DNA of 64,000 nucleotides from an uncultured Piscirickettsiaceae bacterium. GTDB taxonomy: Bacteria > Pseudomonadota > Gammaproteobacteria > PS1 > Pseudothioglobaceae. A program made the position numbers and the translations under genes. The notes under the pieces were generated by a model. It was not told the DNA's origin. It saw nothing but the letters and a program-made list of their open reading frames with translations, and searched no databases. Where the stretch lies: positions 4,380 through 68,379 of the forward strand of contig CAZYIW010000003.1 of assembly GCA_964647705.1 (NCBI GenBank), written 5' to 3'. Of the stretch, positions 27,884 through 35,572 are shown one piece after another; position 1 is the first letter of the stretch, and each line of letters begins with the position of its first letter.

Positions 27884-28688
27884 TCTGGCTTTTATACTGC
27901 TTTACACACCCGCTTGGGCCAGTATTCCAATCAAAAATACACCAATACCTGGAGGCATCGCTGTGGTTGATTTTCAAAGTGAAAGTTCCAACCCAAAGGC
28001 GTTTTATAACCAAGTCCCTTTGCTGGTTCAGCACATTTATCAGGATCATTATCAAGTTTTATTTGGTATACCACTGATGACAACACTAGGTGAGAAAACA
28101 CTTCGTATTGAAGATGACAAAACCACAAATATCTCTTTTATTATCAAAGACCACCAATACAAAGCACAGCACATCAAGCTCACGGGTAAAAAGAAAAAAT
28201 TTGTCAACCCCAATCTAGCGCATATGGACAGAATTAAGTTGGAGCGACCCATTCTCAGTAAGGCTAGAAAAACATACAGTGATCAATTATTTGTTGATTC
28301 AGCTTTTATAAGGCCGGCAGATGGAGTAACCACCAGTCCCTTTGGTTTGAAAAGATTCTACAATGGTGAACCTAGGCGCCCACACACAGGCTTGGATTTT
28401 GCAGGTGACATTGGAACACCGATAAAGGCACCAGCCAATGGTAGAGTCATTTTAACTGGTGATTTCTTTTTTAATGGCAACAGTGTGTTTATTGACCATG
28501 GAAAAGGTTTGATTAGTGTTTATATCCACATGAATGAGATTAAAGTTGAGAATAACCAGATGCTACAAACAGGTGATATTATTGGCACCATTGGTAAAAC
28601 TGGTCGATCTACTGGGGCGCATTTGCATTGGGGTGTGTATCTAAATCATACGGCTGTGGATCCGAGTCTATTTTTGGGGCAAGAATGA
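27840..28688 (+). CDS. M23 family metallopeptidase (active-site residues intact)
   Basis: It has a signal peptide, HTGLDF (HxxxD) and GAHLHWGV (HxH). It overlaps the xseA 3' end by 44 nt. Confidence 0.88.
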   Translation: MARLIQQLTKSIKTSLAFILLYTPAWASIPIKNTPIPGGIAVVDFQSESSNPKAFYNQVPLLVQHIYQDHYQVLFGIPLMTTLGEKTLRIEDDKTTNISFIIKDHQYKAQHIKLTGKKKKFVNPNLAHMDRIKLERPILSKARKTYSDQLFVDSAFIRPADGVTTSPFGLKRFYNGEPRRPHTGLDFAGDIGTPIKAPANGRVILTGDFFFNGNSVFIDHGKGLISVYIHMNEIKVENNQMLQTGDIIGTIGKTGRSTGAHLHWGVYLNHTAVDPSLFLGQE

Positions 28689-29083
28689 TGAAATCAAATG
28701 TGGGTTTGCTAAAGCGTTTATGGGCAATGCTATACGATTCTATTTTAGTATTTTCTTTGGTGTTCGTTATTGGAATTGCTGTACAGGCATTGTTTAGTGA
28801 TTTGGGTGATGGGTTTTTCTATCTGGTGACTCTGCCCAGCACCTATGCATATTTTGCATTTTCTTGGGTAAAAGGCCGTCAAACACTGGGCATGAAAGCG
28901 CTCAAGATTCAAGTTGTTCAAGAAAATGGGCAAAATATGACGCATGCGCAAGCATTACTAAGATTTGTGCTTGCATTTTTCTCATTTGCCTCATTCGGTT
29001 TGGGATTCCTCTATCAACTTGTGGATAAAAACAATCTGACCTTTCATGATAAATTTTCACACACACGTTTGCAAAAAAATTGA
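28685..29083 (+). CDS. RDD-family membrane protein
   Basis: The start is at the ATGATG overlapping the M23 stop. It has LKRLWAMLYDSILVF (the RxxD-type RDD motif region) and 3 TM segments. Confidence 0.65.
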   Translation: MMKSNVGLLKRLWAMLYDSILVFSLVFVIGIAVQALFSDLGDGFFYLVTLPSTYAYFAFSWVKGRQTLGMKALKIQVVQENGQNMTHAQALLRFVLAFFSFASFGLGFLYQLVDKNNLTFHDKFSHTRLQKN

Positions 29084-29113
29084 TTTGTATCAATTTGGCA
29101 TCAGAAAAAGCTA

Positions 29114-29122
29114 TGTTATAAT
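29114..29122 (+). promoter_or_regulatory. Extended -10 promoter (TGTTATAAT) for the 79-aa gene
   Basis: It lies 34 nt upstream of the ATG at 29156, with the SD AGGAG at 29146-29150. Confidence 0.5.
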
Positions 29123-29155
29123 GCCTGCATTATTTCAACAAACTTAGGAGATGGG

Positions 29156-29395
29156 ATGAGCTCAACAGTTGATAACTCTGCAGCTAGAGGACATATTTTA
29201 CTACTTAGTACTTTGGTGGTTACTTTAGTAGTGCCACTGGCATTGCTTCTATTGTCATATATGGGAATTATCTCTGGCACCGCTGAATACATCTCTGCAT
29301 TTGCAGTAATTGGCTCAATCCTGTATATCTTTATTGGTGGTATTTGGATGTATGTCCAAGATAAAAAAGATGGTACAACACTAACCGATGGCTAA
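29156..29395 (+). CDS. Small hydrophobic protein (79 aa, 2 TM), unknown family
   Basis: It has a good SD (taggagatggg-ATG) and two long hydrophobic segments. A promoter lies upstream and a terminator downstream. Confidence 0.55.
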   Translation: MSSTVDNSAARGHILLLSTLVVTLVVPLALLLLSYMGIISGTAEYISAFAVIGSILYIFIGGIWMYVQDKKDGTTLTDG

Positions 29396-29413
29396 ATTTC
29401 TCCACCCGCTCAA

Positions 29414-29770
29414 ATGCGGTTAATACAAATAATCAAAAAGCCAAGCGTAATACTTGGCTTTTTTTATAACAACTGGATTAGTATCGCGCTTATTCTGTTT
29501 ATATACGCCCTAATGCAGCAAGCTTTTTTTGTTGCTGATTTTCCAAATACCCTAGAAGAAAAACAACATCAAGCTAATCAGATTTTGGCTGAAAACAAAC
29601 AACTCCAACAACAAAATACTTTGCTTAAATACGAACTTGAAGCTGAAAATGACCCAGCAATGGAAATTATAGAATCTAAGGCAAGATATCAGTTTGGCTT
29701 GGTTAAAAAAGGTGAAACCTTTTGGCAAATCTTTGAACAGACCAAACCCAAGCCTACCAGTGGCGATTAA
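29414..29770 (+). CDS. ftsB: Cell division protein FtsB
   Basis: It has a TM segment, a leucine-zipper-like coiled coil and then ARYQFGLVKKGETFWQIF (E. coli ARNELSMVRPGETFYRLV). The ftsB-ispD-ispF order matches E. coli. Confidence 0.85.
   Translation: MRLIQIIKKPSVILGFFYNNWISIALILFIYALMQQAFFVADFPNTLEEKQHQANQILAENKQLQQQNTLLKYELEAENDPAMEIIESKARYQFGLVKKGETFWQIFEQTKPKPTSGD
29436..29465 (+). terminator. Rho-independent terminator-like hairpin (lies within the 5' end of the ftsB ORF)
   Basis: AAAAGCCAAG-cgtaata-CTTGGCTTTTTTT: a 6 bp GC-containing core extended by A/U pairs, followed by a 7-T run. Confidence 0.6.
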
Positions 29771-29788
29771 TCGTTAATACAAGCTTAT

Positions 29789-29798
29789 TTGGTATAAT
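29789..29798 (+). promoter_or_regulatory. Extended -10 promoter (TTGGTATAAT) for ispD-ispF-mur genes
   Basis: It lies 31 nt upstream of the ispD TTG start. The 10-mer is identical to those at 13650 and 42039. Confidence 0.5.
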
Positions 29799-29828
29799 GA
29801 TTGTCATTATCCAAAAGCTCTAGTCATT

Positions 29829-30527
29829 TTGCCTCAATATTATTTAATTGTTCCTGCGAGTGGCCTTGGTAAACGTATGAATGCCAAGTTACCTAAGCAA
29901 TATCTTAAATTAGACAATGGTTTGAGTGTACTGGAACAAACATTACAAACACTACTTACCATTAAAAAGGTTAAAGGTTGTGTAATTGCCCTTTCAGATC
30001 AAGACACTCATTTTGCCAAATCTCGTTTTTATAAACACCCTAAGCTTCTTGCTACTGTTCAAGGTGGTAAAGAGCGATTTCATTCGGTTTTTTCTGCATT
30101 GGAGAAATTAAATACTTTTGCCAATGATGATGATTGGGTTTTGGTACATGATGCTGCCAGACCATGCGTCAAAGCCATTGAGGTTGAACAACTCATACAA
30201 GACTTAGAAAATCACCCAACAGGCGGTCTGTTAGCAACGCCGATGACAGACACTGTTAAACAAGTGGAGGATTTTGAAGCCATCAGCACATTGGATCGCT
30301 CCAAACTGTGGCAAGCACAAACCCCGCAAATGTATCGATTGGGTATTTTGACTAAAGCTCTAAAACAAGTCATTAAAGACAATGTTAACATTACCGATGA
30401 GGCCAGCAGTATTGAATACCTTGGGTTAAAATCCCATATTACTCCCTGTTCTCAGAGTAATATTAAAATTACCACGCCAGAAGATTTGGATTTGGCTAAT
30501 TTTTATCTGCGTAATTCAGCTGAATAA
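29829..30527 (+). CDS. ispD: 2-C-methyl-D-erythritol 4-phosphate cytidylyltransferase
   Basis: It has VPASGLGKRM (the PAAG.G.R-type P-loop), VLVHDAARP and ITDEAS. The start codon is TTG. Confidence 0.93.
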   Translation: MPQYYLIVPASGLGKRMNAKLPKQYLKLDNGLSVLEQTLQTLLTIKKVKGCVIALSDQDTHFAKSRFYKHPKLLATVQGGKERFHSVFSALEKLNTFANDDDWVLVHDAARPCVKAIEVEQLIQDLENHPTGGLLATPMTDTVKQVEDFEAISTLDRSKLWQAQTPQMYRLGILTKALKQVIKDNVNITDEASSIEYLGLKSHITPCSQSNIKITTPEDLDLANFYLRNSAE

Positions 30528-30529
30528 AT

Positions 30530-31003
30530 ATGAAAATTAAAACCGGACTGGGGCAAGATTCACACGCTTTTGAGCAACATCAATCAAAACCACTTATACT
30601 CGGTGGTGTTGATTTTAAACACACAAAAGGCTTACAAGGCAATAGTGATGCCGATGTGGTCTTGCATGCACTCACCAATGCCATTTCTTCAATTACAGGA
30701 AATAATATACTTGGTGCAAAAGCAGATGCCCTATGTATAAAAGGCGTTATTGATTCAGCACAATATTTACAACTTGCTTTGGATGACTTACAAGGCTGGA
30801 ATATTAACCATATTGCCATTTCTATTGAATGCCTCAGCCCTAAAATCACACCAAAAATTGATGAAATGAAATCCAATATCGCCAAACTAACTGGTATTCA
30901 AGCTCATGATGTTGGCATTACTGCCACCAGTGGTGAAGGTCTTACCTCATTTGGACAAGGGCTAGGCATTCAAGCGATTTGCATTATAACGGTAAGCCAA
31001 TGA
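30530..31003 (+). CDS. ispF: 2-C-methyl-D-erythritol 2,4-cyclodiphosphate synthase
   Basis: It has GQDSHAF, NSDADVVLHAL and ATSGEGLTSFGQGLGI (cf. E. coli GFDVHAF, HSDGDVALHAL, TTTEKLGFTGRGEGI). Confidence 0.95.
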   Translation: MKIKTGLGQDSHAFEQHQSKPLILGGVDFKHTKGLQGNSDADVVLHALTNAISSITGNNILGAKADALCIKGVIDSAQYLQLALDDLQGWNINHIAISIECLSPKITPKIDEMKSNIAKLTGIQAHDVGITATSGEGLTSFGQGLGIQAICIITVSQ

Positions 31004-32406
31004 ACGATTTAAAGTCTGTTTGTAAATCAAGCACGCAAAATATCCATTTTGTCGGCATTGGTGGCTCAGGTATGAGCGGTATAGCCGAAGTGCTACATAA
31101 TCTGGGTTATCAAATCTCTGGCTCTGATCTGAATAAAAATAAAACCACCGAACGCTTAGCGAAAATGGGTTGCACAATCAATTATTCGCACGACAAGAAC
31201 CATGTAGATGGTGCTCATGCTGTGGTGGTCTCATCTGCGATTGATGAGAACAATCCCGAGCTTATCAGAGCACGTGAACTTAATATTGCCATAGTACCTC
31301 GAGCGGAGATGCTCTCAGAATTGATGCGTTTTCGTTTTGGCATTGCTGTAGCTGGCACCCATGGAAAAACCACTACAACCAGCCTGATTGCACACATCTT
31401 AAACACAGCAGATTTGGATCCAACCTATATTATTGGTGGTATCTTAAACTCTAATGGCATCAACGCTAAATTAGGAGAAAGTGACTACTTGGTTGCCGAA
31501 GCCGATGAATCGGACGCTTCATTTTTGCACTTGCAACCCATGCTCAGTGTAATTACCAATATCGACCAAGATCACATGGGCACTTATCAGCACAACGTAG
31601 AAAATTTGCACCAAGCTTTTATCAGCTTCACCTCTAATTTACCTTTTTATGGTACCTGTATTGCTTGCGCTGATGACTCAGGTGTTGCCTCTATCCTACC
31701 CAACGTGCACCGCCCTATCGTCACTTACGGTCTAAATAAGGGTGTTGACGTGCAAGCTCAAAACATCACTCAGGAGAATCGTCAAATGCATTTTGATGTG
31801 GTTTGTAAAAAACAGCAAAATTTCTCTGTTGTGCTTAATTTGATTGGCAGACATAATGTACTCAACACCTTAGCAGCCATTGCCGTTGCTTGCGAGTTAA
31901 AAATCCCTGCACAGACCATTCAAAAAGCTCTATGCAATTTCTCTGGCGTTTCGCGGCGACTTGATTATCATGGTCAAATTCTATTCAATGACAAAACTAT
32001 CGACTTGTATGATGATTACGGTCACCATCCAAACGAGATTCGTGCAGTCTTTGATAGTCTAAGACAAACTTATCCTAAAAGGCGTTTGCTGGTTATTTTT
32101 CAGCCACATCGATACACTCGTACGCAAGACTTATTTGATGATTTTGCTTGGGCACTTAGTGATGCCGATGCACTGATCCTAACTGATATTTATCCAGCCA
32201 GTGAAAAACCCATTGCGCATATCAATTCTAATGTCCTGGCTGATAGTATTAGGCTTCGTTGTTCACTTGATCCCATTGTTGTCAAAAACACACAACAAGT
32301 TATGGATGTTCTAGATAATCTGATTGAAACCAATGATGTCGTGCTCACATTGGGTGCAGGTGATATTCACAAACTCCCTGATTTAATTACCCAATATGGA
32401 ATTTAA
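31000..32406 (+). CDS. murC: UDP-N-acetylmuramate--L-alanine ligase
   Basis: It has HFVGIGGSGMSGIAEVL and AVAGTHGKTTTT. The ATG at 31000 overlaps the ispF stop (ATGA). The ORF opens at 30979. Confidence 0.96.
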   Translation: MNDLKSVCKSSTQNIHFVGIGGSGMSGIAEVLHNLGYQISGSDLNKNKTTERLAKMGCTINYSHDKNHVDGAHAVVVSSAIDENNPELIRARELNIAIVPRAEMLSELMRFRFGIAVAGTHGKTTTTSLIAHILNTADLDPTYIIGGILNSNGINAKLGESDYLVAEADESDASFLHLQPMLSVITNIDQDHMGTYQHNVENLHQAFISFTSNLPFYGTCIACADDSGVASILPNVHRPIVTYGLNKGVDVQAQNITQENRQMHFDVVCKKQQNFSVVLNLIGRHNVLNTLAAIAVACELKIPAQTIQKALCNFSGVSRRLDYHGQILFNDKTIDLYDDYGHHPNEIRAVFDSLRQTYPKRRLLVIFQPHRYTRTQDLFDDFAWALSDADALILTDIYPASEKPIAHINSNVLADSIRLRCSLDPIVVKNTQQVMDVLDNLIETNDVVLTLGAGDIHKLPDLITQYGI

Positions 32407-33232
32407 GCACCACCAACCTATGAGCAAATACTGCTCATTAAGAGCTGGTGGCGTAGCTGATAGCCTTTTTTCCCCAAACACACTCAAAGAGCTCACTGAT
32501 TTTCTGCGCAACAACAACAAGCCAATACTAGCATTAGGTTTAGGCAGCAATCTATTGGTACGTGATCGTGGCTTTGAGGGAGTGGTTATTAGATTGAATC
32601 GACTCAACCTTTTGCAAAAAACCACTGGAGGCATCAATGCGCAGGCTGGTGTAACGCTGGCTAAGCTTTCACGTTTTTGTGAACAAAAAGGTTTTTTTGG
32701 TGCTGAGTTTTTATCCGCTATTCCTGGTAGCTTGGGTGGTGCGCTAGCCATGAATGCTGGTGCTTTTGGCAGTGAAATATGGGATTTTGTTCAAAGTGTT
32801 GAAACGATTGACCAAAGTGGTGAGATACAAAAACGCAATAAATCAGACTTTGATGTTTCTTATCGCGAAGTAGTGGCTCATCATGCCGATGAATTTTTTT
32901 TAAGCGCGCAGCTGAAATTTAACCAAAAGAAACAAACTCAAACAATTAAAGCATTACTCAAAAAACGAAATGCCACTCAACCCACTGGTAGTGCCAACTG
33001 TGGCAGTGTGTTTAAAAACCCTAAGGGCTTGTATGCGGCTGAGCTGATTGAAAAAAGCAATCTCAAGGGTTATTGTATCGGTGGTGCTTGTGTTTCTAAA
33101 AAACATGCCAATTATATTATCAATCAAAATAATGCCAGTGCACAAGAGATTGAAAATCTAATACAACACATTCAAAGCGTCGTAAAATCTAATTTCAATA
33201 TTGATCTAGAAACCGAACTTAGAATTGTCTAA
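32396..33232 (+). CDS. murB: UDP-N-acetylenolpyruvoylglucosamine reductase (short type)
   Basis: It has an FAD-binding pattern (GLGSNLLV.D.G..G), IPGS.GGA..MNAGA.G and GS.FKNP. Confidence 0.92.
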   Translation: MEFKHHQPMSKYCSLRAGGVADSLFSPNTLKELTDFLRNNNKPILALGLGSNLLVRDRGFEGVVIRLNRLNLLQKTTGGINAQAGVTLAKLSRFCEQKGFFGAEFLSAIPGSLGGALAMNAGAFGSEIWDFVQSVETIDQSGEIQKRNKSDFDVSYREVVAHHADEFFLSAQLKFNQKKQTQTIKALLKKRNATQPTGSANCGSVFKNPKGLYAAELIEKSNLKGYCIGGACVSKKHANYIINQNNASAQEIENLIQHIQSVVKSNFNIDLETELRIV

Positions 33233-33244
33233 TACACAGAGGTC

Positions 33245-34129
33245 TTGAATATGATAGCAGTGCTCATGGGTGGTAATTCTTCGGAAAGAGATGTCTCCCT
33301 TAAAAGTGGTGAGGCTGTCTATCAAGCTTTAAAAGAGCAAAATATTGCCTGCTTTAAATTTGATTGGCATGGCGATAATTTATCCGATTTGTGGACTCAT
33401 AAATTTGATCGTGCTTTTATTATTTTGCATGGCCGAGGTGGGGAAGATGGCTATATTCAAAAACAACTGGATGATAGAGCTATCCCTTACACTGGTTCAG
33501 GTGCGCATACCTCTCGATTGTGTATGGATAAATCCACCACCAAAGATATTTGGAGGGAGAATGATCTACCCATAGCAGCGTCTGTGATTGCCGAAAAAAA
33601 CTCACCAATTCCCAACATTGAATTTTCTCTACCATGGGCAGTTAAGCCCACTTTAGAGGGTTCTAGTATTGGTATTAGCAAAGTGCAAAGCATTGATGAC
33701 TTGCAACAAGCATTGAATTTAGCATGGAAATATGGCACCGAGGCCATGATTGAGCAGTGGATTGAAGGTGAAGAATATACAGTTGCTATCGTCAATAAAG
33801 ATCCGTTACCAGCGATTAAGATTGTCTCCACCCATACTTTCTATGACTATGAATCCAAATATCAATCACAAGACACTCGTTACTTGTGCCCTTGTGGATT
33901 AAATGACGAGCAAGAAAAACACCTGCAAAACCTAGCACTTAAGGCATTTGAAGTCATGGGGGCAAAAGATTGGGGACGTGTAGATTTTATTCTTGATAAA
34001 AATGATCAACCCTACCTTTTAGAAATCAACACGGTACCTGGCATGACTTCACATTCTCTTGTACCAATGGCTGCAAAGGCAGTATCCATAAGCTTTAATC
34101 AACTGGTGGTTAAGATTCTCAATGGCTAG
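33245..34129 (+). CDS. ddl: D-alanine--D-alanine ligase
   Basis: It has GG.S.ER.VSL.SG, HGRGGEDG.IQ, ATP-grasp blocks and EINTVPGMTSHSL.P.AA. Confidence 0.95.
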   Translation: MNMIAVLMGGNSSERDVSLKSGEAVYQALKEQNIACFKFDWHGDNLSDLWTHKFDRAFIILHGRGGEDGYIQKQLDDRAIPYTGSGAHTSRLCMDKSTTKDIWRENDLPIAASVIAEKNSPIPNIEFSLPWAVKPTLEGSSIGISKVQSIDDLQQALNLAWKYGTEAMIEQWIEGEEYTVAIVNKDPLPAIKIVSTHTFYDYESKYQSQDTRYLCPCGLNDEQEKHLQNLALKAFEVMGAKDWGRVDFILDKNDQPYLLEINTVPGMTSHSLVPMAAKAVSISFNQLVVKILNG

Positions 34130-34856
34130 ATTAAAATTCTCAGCCAACGAGGCAAATTTATTATCCGCACTTTACAATAAGAAAGGTGCCAAAATTTTGG
34201 TATTTGTCTTAATACTATTTTTTTTTATATATCCCAATACACGCGCAGACTCATTCGATCTTTTTCCCATTAAATTAAGTTGGGAAATTCAAAATCCAAC
34301 CCATGTTAAGGTCTCAGAACTCAAATCATTGGTTGAGCCATTATTGGATAAAAAATTAACCTTGAATTTAAATGCCATCAAAAAGACACTAGAGTCACAT
34401 CCTTGGGTGAAATCGGCCCAAGTGCGCCGCCTGATTTGGAACAACATACATATCAAAATACAAGAACACGATATCGCCCTTAGATGGGGAGAAAATGGCT
34501 ATATTTCTGCTAATGGCGAACTCTTCTTTCCCGAAAAAATGGTCGAATCAGATGCTCTTCAAATTTTTTCAAATAAAACCGACCATAAAAGTATCAAAGA
34601 TCTGTACTCGGATTTTAATCACTACAAACAGCTGCTCAGTCCTATGCAGATTGAATCAATGCAAAGAAGTCACATCGATGTTTTAAGTGTTAAACCGAAC
34701 ATCAAATTGGTATTGGGTTATCGTATGCAAAAACAAAGAATACTTAGGTTTAAAAAAATCTACCAAAAACTACCCAAAAATAAGAAAAAAGGCAAAAAGG
34801 TTGTTTTTGATCTACGCTACCCTAAGGGTTTTGCTCTGAGTTATCCAAAGCAATGA
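34122..34856 (+). CDS. ftsQ: Cell division protein FtsQ (POTRA domain)
   Basis: It has an N-terminal TM segment and a POTRA-like segment (...LESHPWVKSAQVRRLIWNNIHIKIQEH). It sits after ddl as in dcw clusters. Confidence 0.85.
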   Translation: MARLKFSANEANLLSALYNKKGAKILVFVLILFFFIYPNTRADSFDLFPIKLSWEIQNPTHVKVSELKSLVEPLLDKKLTLNLNAIKKTLESHPWVKSAQVRRLIWNNIHIKIQEHDIALRWGENGYISANGELFFPEKMVESDALQIFSNKTDHKSIKDLYSDFNHYKQLLSPMQIESMQRSHIDVLSVKPNIKLVLGYRMQKQRILRFKKIYQKLPKNKKKGKKVVFDLRYPKGFALSYPKQ

Positions 34857-35571
34857 GTTGGTAACATAGGGCCAACGTTATCGGCATCCAATAAAAAAAT
34901 ATAAGCGCCCTAACAAACATATCCACCACCCCTGCCAAGCCAATGAAATTATCAATGACGGTGAAAATTAAAGTAATGGACAGTGGTAGGATTACTTGAA
35001 TAGCAAAAAGATTAAACTGTGTAAAAAGAGTCAGTCCCCAGCGCAATTGAAACGGTTCACCAATTGCAAATCGCACAAAATTAAGCGTTATTGGCACAAT
35101 TAGAAAATAAATGATTATTTGAAGAACAGATCCAGTAAAAATATTGGTGACCACACCCACAAAAAAGGCCAAGATAAAAAATTTAAAAATTTTGCCAATA
35201 TCCAGAATTGGCATCAACCCATTCACAAAACTCTCGCCTTGTATTACGATACGATAGATGTTGATTGAGAGCATGATTTGTGCATAAGAGAATAAAAACA
35301 GATACAGCGCGGTAAATTCGGGCAGACTCTGGAAAAATTCAAGCGCAAACCCTGATGTTTCTGCCTCGTCACCAGATAGCATTGATGGCATTATCTGATT
35401 GAGACGCTCAGCCATTGTTGAAAATAGCTCTAGTAAAGTTGGAAGTATAGAAAAAAGTGGTAATGATAAGACAATTGGAATAATAGAGATTTCAATTATC
35501 TTTCTCCAATGCGTCATAGCAAAGGCAAACCCAGCTAAGATGATTTTATTAATAGGCAGTTGAACGTTCAT
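34822..35571 (-). CDS. Polytopic inner-membrane protein, unknown family
   Basis: 249 aa with roughly 6-7 hydrophobic helices. It starts 1 nt after the mltD stop and overlaps the ftsQ 3' end by 35 nt (convergent). I recognise no motif. Confidence 0.6.
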   Translation of the reverse strand: MNVQLPINKIILAGFAFAMTHWRKIIEISIIPIVLSLPLFSILPTLLELFSTMAERLNQIMPSMLSGDEAETSGFALEFFQSLPEFTALYLFLFSYAQIMLSINIYRIVIQGESFVNGLMPILDIGKIFKFFILAFFVGVVTNIFTGSVLQIIIYFLIVPITLNFVRFAIGEPFQLRWGLTLFTQFNLFAIQVILPLSITLIFTVIDNFIGLAGVVDMFVRALIFFYWMPITLALCYQLIALDNSEQNP

Positions 35572-35572
35572 T

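Noticed and set aside
29020-29028. A perfect DnaA box (TGTGGATAA) inside the RDD gene, with 8/9 matches at ~13921 and ~28517.
   Set aside because: These are isolated boxes inside coding regions. There is no cluster, no AT-rich 13-mers and no dnaA or gidA context, so this is not an origin.
32383-32751. 122-aa minus-strand ORF across the murC/murB junction. Similar cases are 44036-44497 (antisense to thrC), 54727-55050 (antisense to ftsY) and many 60-115-aa antisense ORFs inside 47208-50900.
   Set aside because: They are antisense to strongly supported conserved genes. They lack SD and start context, and their composition is Ser/Pro/Leu-rich, as expected for antisense frames.
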